Shown: one piece after another, positions 1 through 9,200 of the stretch
Layout of the letters: each line of letters opens with the position of its first letter
How positions within the stretch are numbered: the first letter of the stretch is position 1
NCBI GenBank assembly: GCA_963664025.2
Contig: OY760861.2
Coordinates: 1,822,741 to 1,886,740 of the forward strand
Reading direction: 5' to 3'
Length of the DNA stretch: 64,000 bases
Source: Tepidiformaceae bacterium
GTDB lineage: Bacteria > Chloroflexota > Dehalococcoidia > Tepidiformales > Tepidiformaceae
The notes under the pieces: generated by a model
What the model saw: only the letters and a program-made list of their open reading frames with translations
The model's database searches: none
What the model was told of the DNA's origin: nothing
Made by a program: the position numbers and the translations under genes

Positions 1-1233
1 ATCGGGTTCGTCGCGAACCGCGCCCACCACGCCGACATCGGCGGCATGTCGGCGGGCTCCATGCCCGTCGCCTCCGAGCTCTACCAGGAGGGCGTCATCA
101 TCCCGCCGCTCAAGCTGCGCGAGGGCGGGCGGCTGAACGAGGCGCTCCTCGCCCTCATCCTGCGCAACGTGCGCACGCCCGCCGAGCGGCGCGGCGACTT
201 CGACGCGCAGCTGGGCGCGCTGCGCACGGGCGCGGCCCGCCTGGAGGCGCTCGCCGCGCGCTACGGCATCGTTGAACTGGCCCGCTGGATGGACGCGCTC
301 ACGGACTACGCCGAGCGCCTCACGCGCGCCGCCCTCGCCGAGGTCCCCGACGGCGGCTACGAGGCCGCGGACGTGATGGAGGGCGCGGACGGCGCGCGCC
401 TGCCCGTGCGCGCGCGCGTGGCCGTCTCCGGCGACGAGGTGACGGTCGATTTCAGCGGCTCCGCCCCGGAGCAGGCCGCCTCGATCAACGCCGTCGCGGC
501 GGTCACGCGCTCGGCGGTCGCCTACTGCGTGCGCTGCCTCCTTCCTCCCGACGCGCCCTCGAACGCGGGCGTCTTCCGCCCCATCCGCACGATCCTGCCC
601 GAAGCGTCAATCGTGAACGCGCGTCCCCAGCGGGCGGTCTCCGCCGGCAACGTCGAGACCTCGCAGCGCGTCACCGACGTCGTGCTGGCGGCTTTCGCGA
701 AGGCGCTGCCGGAGCGCATCCCGGCGGCGAGCGCGGGCACCATGAGCAACTTCACCTTCGGCGGCGCGCGCCCCGGCGGCGAGCCCTTCGCCTACTACGA
801 GACCGTCCCCGGCGGCGCGGGCGCGGGCCCCGGCGGCGACGGCGAGAGCGGCGTCCAGACGCACATGACGAACACCGCGAACACGCCCGCGGAGGCGATC
901 GAGAGCGCCTTCCCCGTGCGCGTGCGGCGCTTCGAACTGCGCGACGGCAGCGGCGGCGCGGGCCTCCATCGCGGCGGCGACGGCGTCGTGCGCGAGATCG
1001 AGTTCCTGGCGGAGGCGGACGTGTCCCTCATCGGCGACCGCCGCGCCGTGGGGCCGCCGGGCGCGCGGGGCGGGGAAGCCGCCGCCCACGGCGAGAACGC
1101 GCTCATTCGCGCGGACGGCGAACGCACCCCGCTGGCCGGACAACAGCAGCTGCGGGCGATCCCCGGCGATCGCGTCGAGCAGCGCACCCCCGGCGGCGGC
1201 GGCTGGGGGAAGGACGCGCGCGCCGGCGACTGA
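1..1233 (+). CDS. hydantoinase B/oxoprolinase family protein (HyuB-like), 5' end cut by window edge
   Basis: Frame 1 is open from base 1 (IGFVANRAHHADIGGM...) and runs into the 46..1233 ORF. HHADIGG and the C-terminal RTPGGGGWG are typical of N-methylhydantoinase B/oxoprolinase. Confidence 0.8.
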   Translation: MGFVANRAHHADIGGMSAGSMPVASELYQEGVIIPPLKLREGGRLNEALLALILRNVRTPAERRGDFDAQLGALRTGAARLEALAARYGIVELARWMDALTDYAERLTRAALAEVPDGGYEAADVMEGADGARLPVRARVAVSGDEVTVDFSGSAPEQAASINAVAAVTRSAVAYCVRCLLPPDAPSNAGVFRPIRTILPEASIVNARPQRAVSAGNVETSQRVTDVVLAAFAKALPERIPAASAGTMSNFTFGGARPGGEPFAYYETVPGGAGAGPGGDGESGVQTHMTNTANTPAEAIESAFPVRVRRFELRDGSGGAGLHRGGDGVVREIEFLAEADVSLIGDRRAVGPPGARGGEAAAHGENALIRADGERTPLAGQQQLRAIPGDRVEQRTPGGGGWGKDARAGD

Positions 1234-1280
1234 GCGGCGCATCGACGCGCCCGCCTCCGATCGCCTATCGTGGAGGGGAC

Positions 1281-1739
1281 ATGCCCGACCGCATCGACCG
1301 CGAGATCGAGGAGATCCTGGAACGCCTCGGGGAAGACCCCCCGAAGCGCGGCGAGCAGCCCCCGCAACGCGGCGAGGAGCCGATTCGCCTGGACGAGCGG
1401 CGGCGAGGGCGCAAGGCCCCGCTCTCGTCCCGCGCGACGGCGGCGGTCGGCTTCTCCATGAGCGGCCCCACGCCCGCCTCGATGCTCTTCACGGGCGCGG
1501 GCGTGATGGTCTTCGGGCTCATCGCCTCCGCCTTCTGGGGGACGATGATCTGGGTCGCCTTCATCGGAGTGCTGCTCTTCATGGCGGCGTTCATCTGGTC
1601 GTTCGTGCGGCCCCGCCGCGCGGGCGTCAAGAGCCAGCCCGCCGCGAAGGGCGGGCGCTGGCGCGGACGTTACGTCGAGTACGAGCCCCCGCCGCCGGGC
1701 GTCCTCGCGCGGATCAGGCGTGCCTTCCGCCGCCGCTAG
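1281..1739 (+). CDS. hypothetical membrane protein (charged N-terminus, two predicted TM helices)
   Basis: 152-aa ORF with GGAGGGG 2 nt upstream of the ATG. It has a hydrophobic stretch FTGAGVMVFGLIASAFWGTMIWVAFIGVLLFMAAFIWSF. No recognisable family. Confidence 0.5.
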   Translation: MPDRIDREIEEILERLGEDPPKRGEQPPQRGEEPIRLDERRRGRKAPLSSRATAAVGFSMSGPTPASMLFTGAGVMVFGLIASAFWGTMIWVAFIGVLLFMAAFIWSFVRPRRAGVKSQPAAKGGRWRGRYVEYEPPPPGVLARIRRAFRRR

Positions 1740-3033
1740 CGCTCCCGCCAGGGCGCTCCTCATCGCGATCGCGCTCGTCGCGCTGCTGGCGTTCGCCTGC
1801 GCGGACGGCGACTCCCCCACGCCCGCGCCAACGGCCACGCCCGCCGCTCCCGCAACCCCAACCGAAGCGACAAGCACGTCTTCCCCGCCAAGCGCCGCCA
1901 GCGGGCCGCTCGACCACGACCTCGCGAACGCGATGGCGCATGTACGCGCGCTCGCCGCCGGCATCGGGCCGCGCGTCTCCGGCTCGCCCGCGTCCGGGGC
2001 GGCCGTGGCGTACGTCGCCGCCGCCTTCCGCGAGTACGGGTACGCCGTCGAGGTGATGGAGTTCGGCTACGCGACGCGCTTCCGCGCCGCGACGGTCACG
2101 GTCGGGGGCGAAACCATCGAGGGCGTCGCGCTCAACGGACCCGCCAGCCCCGGGCAGACGGCGGAAGGCCGGGCCTCCGGCGGCGACGTCGCGAACGAGG
2201 CGCCCGGCGGCGTCTGGGTCCGCGAGCGCACGACCGCCTACCCCCGCGAGGCCGACCTGTTCACCGCGGCCTCCCGCGCCGGGGCCGCCGCCCTCATCGT
2301 CGCCAATCATCCCGCCTGGCCCTTCTTCGGCTTCCCCGTCGAGGCCGGCGACGCGATCCCGGTCGTGCTCGTGCCCCACGCGCGGGCGGAGCGCTTCACC
2401 CAGGCGGCGGCGAGCGGCGAGACCATCACGATCACCGTCGGACCGGCGCGACCGATGGCCGCGAACGTGATCGCGCGCCCCGCCGGCGATGCCGCCTGCG
2501 ACATCCTCGCGGGCGGGCACCACGACACGGTCGCGGGGTCGCCGGGCGCGCTCGACAACGCCAGCGGCGTCGCCATCGTCCTCGAACTGGCGCGCCTCTT
2601 CGCCGCGGACGGCCTCGACGAGGGGCTCTGCTTCGCCACCTTCGGCGCGGAGGAGTCGGGCCTGTTCGGCAGCCGCGCGCTCGTGGAGCGCTGGAGGGCG
2701 TCGGGCGCACTGCCGTCCGTCATGCTGAACTTCGACGTGACCGCGCGGGGCGACGCCGTCGAGCTGATCGGGAGCGCCGCGCTCGTGCGGGACGCGGTGG
2801 CCCTGCTCAACGAGGCCGGTTTCCCCGCCTACCCGTCCGCGCTGCCGGAGGGCTACGGCAGCGACCACCTGAGCTTCGCCGCGGCGGGCGTGGCCGTCCT
2901 CTACTTCTCCGACGGGGACGTGTCCCTGATCCACACGCCGGACGACGTGTTCGGGCTCGTGGAGCCGCTCGCGCTGGATCGCATCGGCGATGCGGCGGCG
3001 CTGACGCTGGCGCGCCTGCTGGCGGGAACCTAG
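1720..3033 (+). CDS. M28 family metallopeptidase (aminopeptidase) lipoprotein with PA-like insert
   Basis: Lipobox LLAFAC. HHDTVAGSPGALDNASGVAIVLELARLF and FGAEESGLFGS motifs are typical of peptidase M28. Confidence 0.8.
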   Translation: MPSAAASAPARALLIAIALVALLAFACADGDSPTPAPTATPAAPATPTEATSTSSPPSAASGPLDHDLANAMAHVRALAAGIGPRVSGSPASGAAVAYVAAAFREYGYAVEVMEFGYATRFRAATVTVGGETIEGVALNGPASPGQTAEGRASGGDVANEAPGGVWVRERTTAYPREADLFTAASRAGAAALIVANHPAWPFFGFPVEAGDAIPVVLVPHARAERFTQAAASGETITITVGPARPMAANVIARPAGDAACDILAGGHHDTVAGSPGALDNASGVAIVLELARLFAADGLDEGLCFATFGAEESGLFGSRALVERWRASGALPSVMLNFDVTARGDAVELIGSAALVRDAVALLNEAGFPAYPSALPEGYGSDHLSFAAAGVAVLYFSDGDVSLIHTPDDVFGLVEPLALDRIGDAAALTLARLLAGT

Positions 3034-3034
3034 C

Positions 3035-3652
3035 ATGGCGACGGTGTTCACCCGAACCCTCGCCGCGGCCTGCCTGCCCGCGCTCCTCGCGCTGTTCGCC
3101 GCGGGCTGCGGCGGCGACGGCGCGACCGAATCGCCGCAGGCGCGCGCGACGCTGACGGACCCCGCGAGCGTGCCCACGACCATCCCCGGGGAGGACCGCG
3201 CGCCCTACCGCATCGGCCAGGGCGACGTGGCCGCGCCCGGCGACCCCACGCCCGCACCGGCGACCCCCGAACCAGCCGCCGGCTCGCGCACCTACACGGT
3301 CCAGGAAGGCGACACCTGCGGGGCCGTCGCCTCCGCGCACGGCATCTCCCTCGACGCGCTGCTCGCGGCCAACCCCCGCATCAACGAGGACTGCACGAAC
3401 CTGCGCGTCGACGAGGTCGTGAACATCCCCGCGGCGGACCCCGCGGGCGCCTCGTCGGGCAGCGACTCCAGCGGCGGCGGGGGCTCCGGCGGAAGCGGCG
3501 GGCTGACCTACGTCGTGGTCGCGGGCGACACGTGCGCCGCCATCGCGAACGACCACGCCATTCCCCTGCAGACGCTGCTGGTGGCGAACGGCCTCGACGA
3601 GGAAGCGTGCCAGGCGCTCCAGATCGGGCAGGAACTCGTCATTCCGGAGTAG
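3035..3652 (+). CDS. LysM domain-containing lipoprotein (two LysM repeats)
   Basis: Lipobox LFAAGC. Two LysM-like units are present (YTVQEGDTCGAVASAHGISLDALLAANP... and YVVVAGDTCAAIANDHAIPLQTLLVANG...). Confidence 0.8.
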   Translation: MATVFTRTLAAACLPALLALFAAGCGGDGATESPQARATLTDPASVPTTIPGEDRAPYRIGQGDVAAPGDPTPAPATPEPAAGSRTYTVQEGDTCGAVASAHGISLDALLAANPRINEDCTNLRVDEVVNIPAADPAGASSGSDSSGGGGSGGSGGLTYVVVAGDTCAAIANDHAIPLQTLLVANGLDEEACQALQIGQELVIPE

Positions 3653-4868
3653 CGCCGGCGTCCGCCAACTCGCGCAGCACCTCGTCCGTGTGCTCACCCA
3701 GCCTGGGGGCGGGACGGCGCAGTTCCCAGGGCGTGGCGCTGAAGACGCAGGGCGCGCCCGGCATCAGCGCCTCCCCCGACAGCCCCTCGCCCGCCGTCGC
3801 GACGAAGTGGCCGCGGTCGTGCAGGTGCGGGTCGCCGAGGGTCTCGTCGGGGGAGCGCACGGTGCCCCAGGGGAGGCCGCACGCCTGCGCCCCGCGGTAC
3901 ACGTCCTCCGCGTCGAGGGCGGCGACGAAGCGCGAGACCTCGGCGAAGATCTCCTTCGCTTCCGCGCCGCCGCGCGCGGCCATGCGGGCCATGGGGTCGT
4001 CGAAGCGGGGCTCGTCGAAATTCGCGCCGAAGCCGTGGGACTGCATCCAGCGCTTCAGCTTTCCCCACGACTCGTTGCTGCGCCCGATGTTGAAGACGAG
4101 CACGTCCTTGCCGTCGCGGGCGCGGTGGATCCACGGCTCCGTGCGGATGGTGGCCGCGTGCCGCCCCGTCTGGCGGATGATGTTCGTCTTCGCGTAGAGC
4201 CAGTGGGGCAGGCCCACCTCGGTCGAGGAGGAGAGCGCCTCGTGCATGGAGCAGTCGATGTACTGCCCCTCCCCACTCACATCGCGGGCCGCGAGCGCGG
4301 TGAGGATGCCCATGACGGCGTAGTGGGCGGCGGTGTTGAAGGCCTGGTCGCCCTTGCCGTGGATGGGCGGGGCGCCGGGCGCGTCCGCGGGGTCGTAGCC
4401 GTTCATGTTCATGGGGCCGCCCGCCGCCAGCGCGACCAGGTCGGTGACGCGGTAGCCCGCCCAGGGGCCGTCCTGCCCGAACGGGGTGAGCGCGCAGTGG
4501 ATGAGCGCGGGATTGGCGGCGGCGAGCGCGCCGTAGCCGAGGCCGAGGGCGGCGGCGCGGCCCGGCGGGAGCGCCTCCAGGAACACGTCGGCGCGGGCGA
4601 TGAGAGCGCGCGCCCGCTCGCGGTCCGCCTCCGAGCCGTCCAGGTCGAGCGTGACCGAGCGCTTGTTCGTGTTGTGGTACCAGAAGGTGAGGGAGCGGTT
4701 GGGACCGGGCTCGTCGTTGACGAAGGGGCCGACGCGGCGCGCTTCCGAGCCATCGGGCGGCTCCAGCTTGACCACGTCCGCGCCCATGTCCGCGAGCAGC
4801 TTGCCCGCGTACTGGCCCAGCTCGTCGCAGAGTTCGACGACGCGCAGATCGGCGAGGGGACCGCTCAC
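3639..4868 (-). CDS. CaiB/BaiF family III CoA-transferase
   Basis: GTG start at 4868 (VSGPLADLRVVELCDELGQYAGKLLADMGADVVKLEPP...) lies inside the long 3639..6107 ORF. The start overlaps the upstream stop by 4 bp (GTGA). N-terminal motif is typical of CoA-transferase family III. Confidence 0.8.
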   Translation of the reverse strand: MSGPLADLRVVELCDELGQYAGKLLADMGADVVKLEPPDGSEARRVGPFVNDEPGPNRSLTFWYHNTNKRSVTLDLDGSEADRERARALIARADVFLEALPPGRAAALGLGYGALAAANPALIHCALTPFGQDGPWAGYRVTDLVALAAGGPMNMNGYDPADAPGAPPIHGKGDQAFNTAAHYAVMGILTALAARDVSGEGQYIDCSMHEALSSSTEVGLPHWLYAKTNIIRQTGRHAATIRTEPWIHRARDGKDVLVFNIGRSNESWGKLKRWMQSHGFGANFDEPRFDDPMARMAARGGAEAKEIFAEVSRFVAALDAEDVYRGAQACGLPWGTVRSPDETLGDPHLHDRGHFVATAGEGLSGEALMPGAPCVFSATPWELRRPAPRLGEHTDEVLRELADAGATPE

Positions 4869-6097
4869 ATGAACACCCCCGTCTCCGCGTACTCGTCGAT
4901 CTCCGCCTCCGTGAGGCCGAGCGCTTCCGAGAGGATTTCGCGTGTGTGCTCGCCGATGCGGGGGGAGGCGGTCCGCAGCGAGCCGGGCGTGGCCGAGAGG
5001 CGCGGGGCGACGCCGTCGTGCGTGGTTTCGCCCATGTCCGCGTGGGGGAGGGTTCGCCACCAGCCGCGCGCGGCGAACTGGGGGTCGCGCTCGACGCGAT
5101 CGCCGGGCTTCTGGCAGACGGCCGCGCGCACGCCCGACGCCTGCAGCAGCGCCATCGTCTCGTAGTCGTCGCGGTCGGCGGTCCAGGCGGCGATGCGCTC
5201 GTCGAGGGCGTCCTGGTTGGCGAGGCGGGCGGCGTTCGACGCGAACCGTGCGTCGCGCGCCCACGCGGGTTCGTCCATGGCGCGCACGAGCGCCTCCCAC
5301 TCGGCTTCGCTGGTGACGGCGACGGCGATCCAGCGGTCGTCGCCGCGGCAGGGGTAGGTGTTGTGGGGGGCGACGGCGGGCTGCCAGGCGCGATTGCCGG
5401 GGGGCAACCCCTCGCGACGCCAGCCGCGCCCGTTGACGGTGCGGTCGAGGATGGCGGGGCCGTTGAGCACGGTGGCGGCTTCGACTTGCGAGAGGTCGAG
5501 GTGCTGGCCCTCGCCGGTGCGGCGGCGGTGGTGGAGGGCGGCGAGGATGGCGATGGCGGCGGAGTAGCCCGCGGTGTGGTCCATGTAACTGTAGCCCCAG
5601 CCGGCGGGCGGCTTGCCCGGCAGCCCCGACGTGAGCGTGAGCCCGCCCAGCGCCTGCGCCGTCGGCCCCCAGGTGGTGTGCTCGCGGTCGCGGCCCGTGT
5701 GCCCGAAGCCGGAGATGGAGCAGTAGATGATGTCCTCGCGGAGTTCGCGCAGCTGCGGGTAGTCGAGCTCCCAGGAGGCGAGGGTGCCCGCCGAGAAGTT
5801 CTCGATGACGACGTCGCTGACGGCGATGAGGCGCTTGAGCAGGTCCATGCCGAAGGGGTGGCGGACGTTGAGGAGGATGCTGCGCTTGTTGCGGTTGACG
5901 TAGTTGAAGAAGCCGGAGTTGTTGAGGGTGGGCGCGCCGCCGGTGAGGGGGCGTCCGAGGCGGATGGGGTCGACGGCCTGTTCGTGCTCGACCTTGATGA
6001 CGTCGGCCCCGAAGTCGGCGAGGAAGCGGGTGGCGGTGGGCCCGGCGATGATCCAGGTGAGGTCGATGACGCGCAGGCCGGCGAGGGGGAGGGGCAT
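4865..6097 (-). CDS. CaiB/BaiF family III CoA-transferase
   Basis: 410-aa ORF MPLPLAGLRVIDLTWIIAGPTATRFLADFGADVIKVEHE..., a tandem paralogue of the downstream gene. Confidence 0.85.
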   Translation of the reverse strand: MPLPLAGLRVIDLTWIIAGPTATRFLADFGADVIKVEHEQAVDPIRLGRPLTGGAPTLNNSGFFNYVNRNKRSILLNVRHPFGMDLLKRLIAVSDVVIENFSAGTLASWELDYPQLRELREDIIYCSISGFGHTGRDREHTTWGPTAQALGGLTLTSGLPGKPPAGWGYSYMDHTAGYSAAIAILAALHHRRRTGEGQHLDLSQVEAATVLNGPAILDRTVNGRGWRREGLPPGNRAWQPAVAPHNTYPCRGDDRWIAVAVTSEAEWEALVRAMDEPAWARDARFASNAARLANQDALDERIAAWTADRDDYETMALLQASGVRAAVCQKPGDRVERDPQFAARGWWRTLPHADMGETTHDGVAPRLSATPGSLRTASPRIGEHTREILSEALGLTEAEIDEYAETGVFM

Positions 6098-6291
6098 GGC
6101 GGGGCATGATACGCGCGCGGGGGCGCCCGATCAGGGGTTGGGCGCTGCGGTCCCACCCGGCCCGTCAATGCGTACGACTCGTCACCGTAGTCCAGTCCCA
6201 GCGGCAGCGTTTACGGGGAGGGTGGGGGCGTGGCGCGGGAGGGGGAAGGGGCGGGTGGCACGGGGGGGAGCTAGCGGTTGCAGTCGAGTCC

Positions 6292-9200
6292 CTAGCTGAA
6301 CGCCCATGCCCGTCGGGAACGCATCTGGCGGAGGTGGGGCAGCAACTCCGTAGCGTCCAGCCCCAGAGACTCAATGTGAAAGCGGTCGAGTTCGGCGATG
6401 AGGTCAGGCCGAGACTCGAAGAAGTCGACGTTCGGCCACTCCTTGCCTGCGTTTTTCTTGGCCTTGATCGAATCGGGTATCGCCTCAATGAGTTCCTCGC
6501 CAAGGGAGAGCGCCCGATCTAGGTCTCTCCCATCCAACCACGCACTAGGGATAGTGAGCCCGGCAAAGTCAGACAGCTTGACATGGTAACCGTCCCCAAA
6601 CGCACGCCACCAGCCATAAGCGACATGCCCGTTGAGAGCAGCGATAGCCAGTTTCCGTGTGTCCTCGTCAGGCAGTGACATTAGCAATTGCGCCGCCGCA
6701 TTTCTCGTACCAGGCGGAAGTGCGCTCACGAAGTACCAGCCAGTCGGAGGGAGAGACAACTGGCACGGGCTATCACCACCGGAAGCCTGGTTGCGCAAGT
6801 ATTCGATGGTAGTGGGCTCGTTCGCAACCGCACGAATCATCTTTGCGACAGCCTCATGCGGAACACGCGGCCACTGCCCCCGAACAACGCTATCCTCCCC
6901 GTGGGGCAGCGGCAGCTCAGGGCGAATAGGCAACACGCTCGCACGATCGGCCACCGGCCAGCGCAGAAGCGCACTTGTGGTGATAGCTGGCGGTCCCTCT
7001 CCTCGGACCGCCGTAAAGATTGTGGCCCGCTGCTTGTTCTTCCATTCCTTGAACAGCGGGTGCTGGTTGAAGATCGTGTCGGGGATGTTGTCGTAGTGCC
7101 GCGTGCGGACGAACCGGCAGCGCTCCTCGAAGACCGCACGGAGCGCGCGCTCCTGCCTGCCAAACGCGATGCTCAGCGGCACGACCATTGTGACGACGCC
7201 GTTAGGACGGGCAAGCGCGAGAGCAGCCTCACAGAAGAGGGTGTAGATGTCCGATGTGCTGGTCGTGCGATACCCGCGTGCCTTCAGCGCGTCACGCTCA
7301 GTATCGCCAATGTCTGACTTACGATAGGACTGATAAGGCGGATTGCCGATGACGACGTCGAAGCCCTGCCAGTTACCCTCGGCCTGCGCGAACAGGAGCC
7401 GAGGATCGATGCTGGCCGCCTCATCGTGGGCCAGTTCCAGCAAGGGGTGGTCAGCAAGCGCCTGCAATTCAGCCAGGGCGTCGCTGCTAAGGAACGTGTC
7501 GTCAAGATGCTTCCTCAACTCTTCCCTCGCGACGCGGTCCTCCGAGCGACGGGAGCGTTTGGTTCCCTCACTGTGGGCGTTTGGCCACTGTTGACGCACT
7601 TCCGCAATGTTCTGGAGCGCATTTTCGAGCACGGTGCGCGTCCATGGATCAGCGCTTGCCAGCGTCTCTGCGGACGCTGGCGCAAAGGGATCGTACCCCT
7701 CGGCAGGGTGGGTGAAGAGCGTATCAGCGCAGACAATGCGCGCCTCCAGATTAGGCAGTGGGGCAGGATCCGTCACGTTTCTCTCGGCGTGCTGCAGTGC
7801 AATGAAGAGACGCAGCCGCGCGATCTGCGCCGCCATCGGGTTGATGTCCTGACCGTGCAATTGCTCCGTGATGATGATACGTGTCTGGTCGGTGTCGTCC
7901 TGATGGAGCTTATGGAGGGCAGTGCGCAAGGCTTGGAGAACAGCGAGAAGGAAAGCCCCGCTGCCGACCGCCGGGTCGAATACGCGTAGCTCGGCGATGC
8001 GCCGAAGGAGTTGAGCCCTCCTGGTCAGACTGATGTCCGGGAGTTCAGCATCGGGGTCCCGAAACAGATCAAGCAGTTCCTTATTGCTGACGCTCGTCGG
8101 AACATAGTTACGAACGGCCGCCACGAGTGCGTCGGCGGCCATCTCCGCCGTAACGTCCATGGGGGTGTAGTAAGCCCCATCGGGAGCCTTCACCGTTCCC
8201 TTCTTCTTCTCCGCGTCCTGCGCTTCGAGGAGGGGATCGGCGAGCATCTGCTCGAAGAGATTGCTGAGGAGTTCCGGGTCAAGCGTTTGTTCGCGTTCCT
8301 CGGGCCGCTGTTCGTCCGCAGTCCAGTGGTAGTGCCCCAACAGATCGAATAGGCCTGGCGTCTTGGCGTCATCGCTCCAGTAGTCGCTATTGCGCAATGT
8401 CAGCCGCGTATCGCCCTCCCGAGCCTCGAACAGTGAGCCGTTGAGGAAGGGCACATCCACAAACTCCGCAGTCACCGCGTCAATCGAATGCGCTTTGCGG
8501 TCTCGGTACTCAGTGTTGAGCCGCTCGTGAAACAGGAACCGCAGCACCCCCTCGTGGTAGTTCAGAATCGCATGCTCCTCCACGAAGGCCGCCTGGAAGA
8601 GCGCAGACGGAAGTTTGTCCTCTTCCTTCAGAATCCAGACGAACAGCGTCCGGATCAGATGACGCAGCAGCACCTCATGCCGGTCGCCTTCGCCAAGGGA
8701 ACCGAGGAACACGCCTTCGTCGTGGCGCAACCTGCGTATCCACGCCCTCACCTGTTCGTAGAAGCTCCGCTGCAGCGGCAGCACATCAAGCGGAGCAACG
8801 AGCGTTTGATACGCGACCTCGCTCCTGCGAGTCAGTTCGAGTACGCGCGTCACCGCTCTTCGCGCCGCTGGCGGCGGCAGATCAGGATCAAAGGGTTGCG
8901 TCATGGCGACCCGGCGCCCCTGTGCCACTGCCAGGCGCGCTTCTATGCTGCCGTCCGATCCAGCGTGCCAAACGAACACCACCGCAACACGTTTGCTCGA
9001 TTGAGACGCGAGGATGCGTGCGCAGCGGGCAACCTCGGCGCGCACCAGACCAGACTCGTTGTGCTTGAGCCTTACTGCGGCAAGACGCACGCGAGGCGGA
9101 TCGAGCAACGTCTGCTCCCCCTCGCTTGTGGGAATTTCAGGCCCGTCTCCATGCGCGTGCTCAATCCAATCTGTGAGCACCTGATCACGCTCTTGCCCTT

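Noticed and set aside
3694-6168. 824-aa and 822-aa minus-strand ORFs spanning both CoA-transferase genes
   Set aside because: Only the segments reading as CaiB-like sequence are credible (3639..4868 in one frame, 4865..6097 in another). The remainder of each long ORF is an out-of-frame overlap with P/R/A-rich translation.
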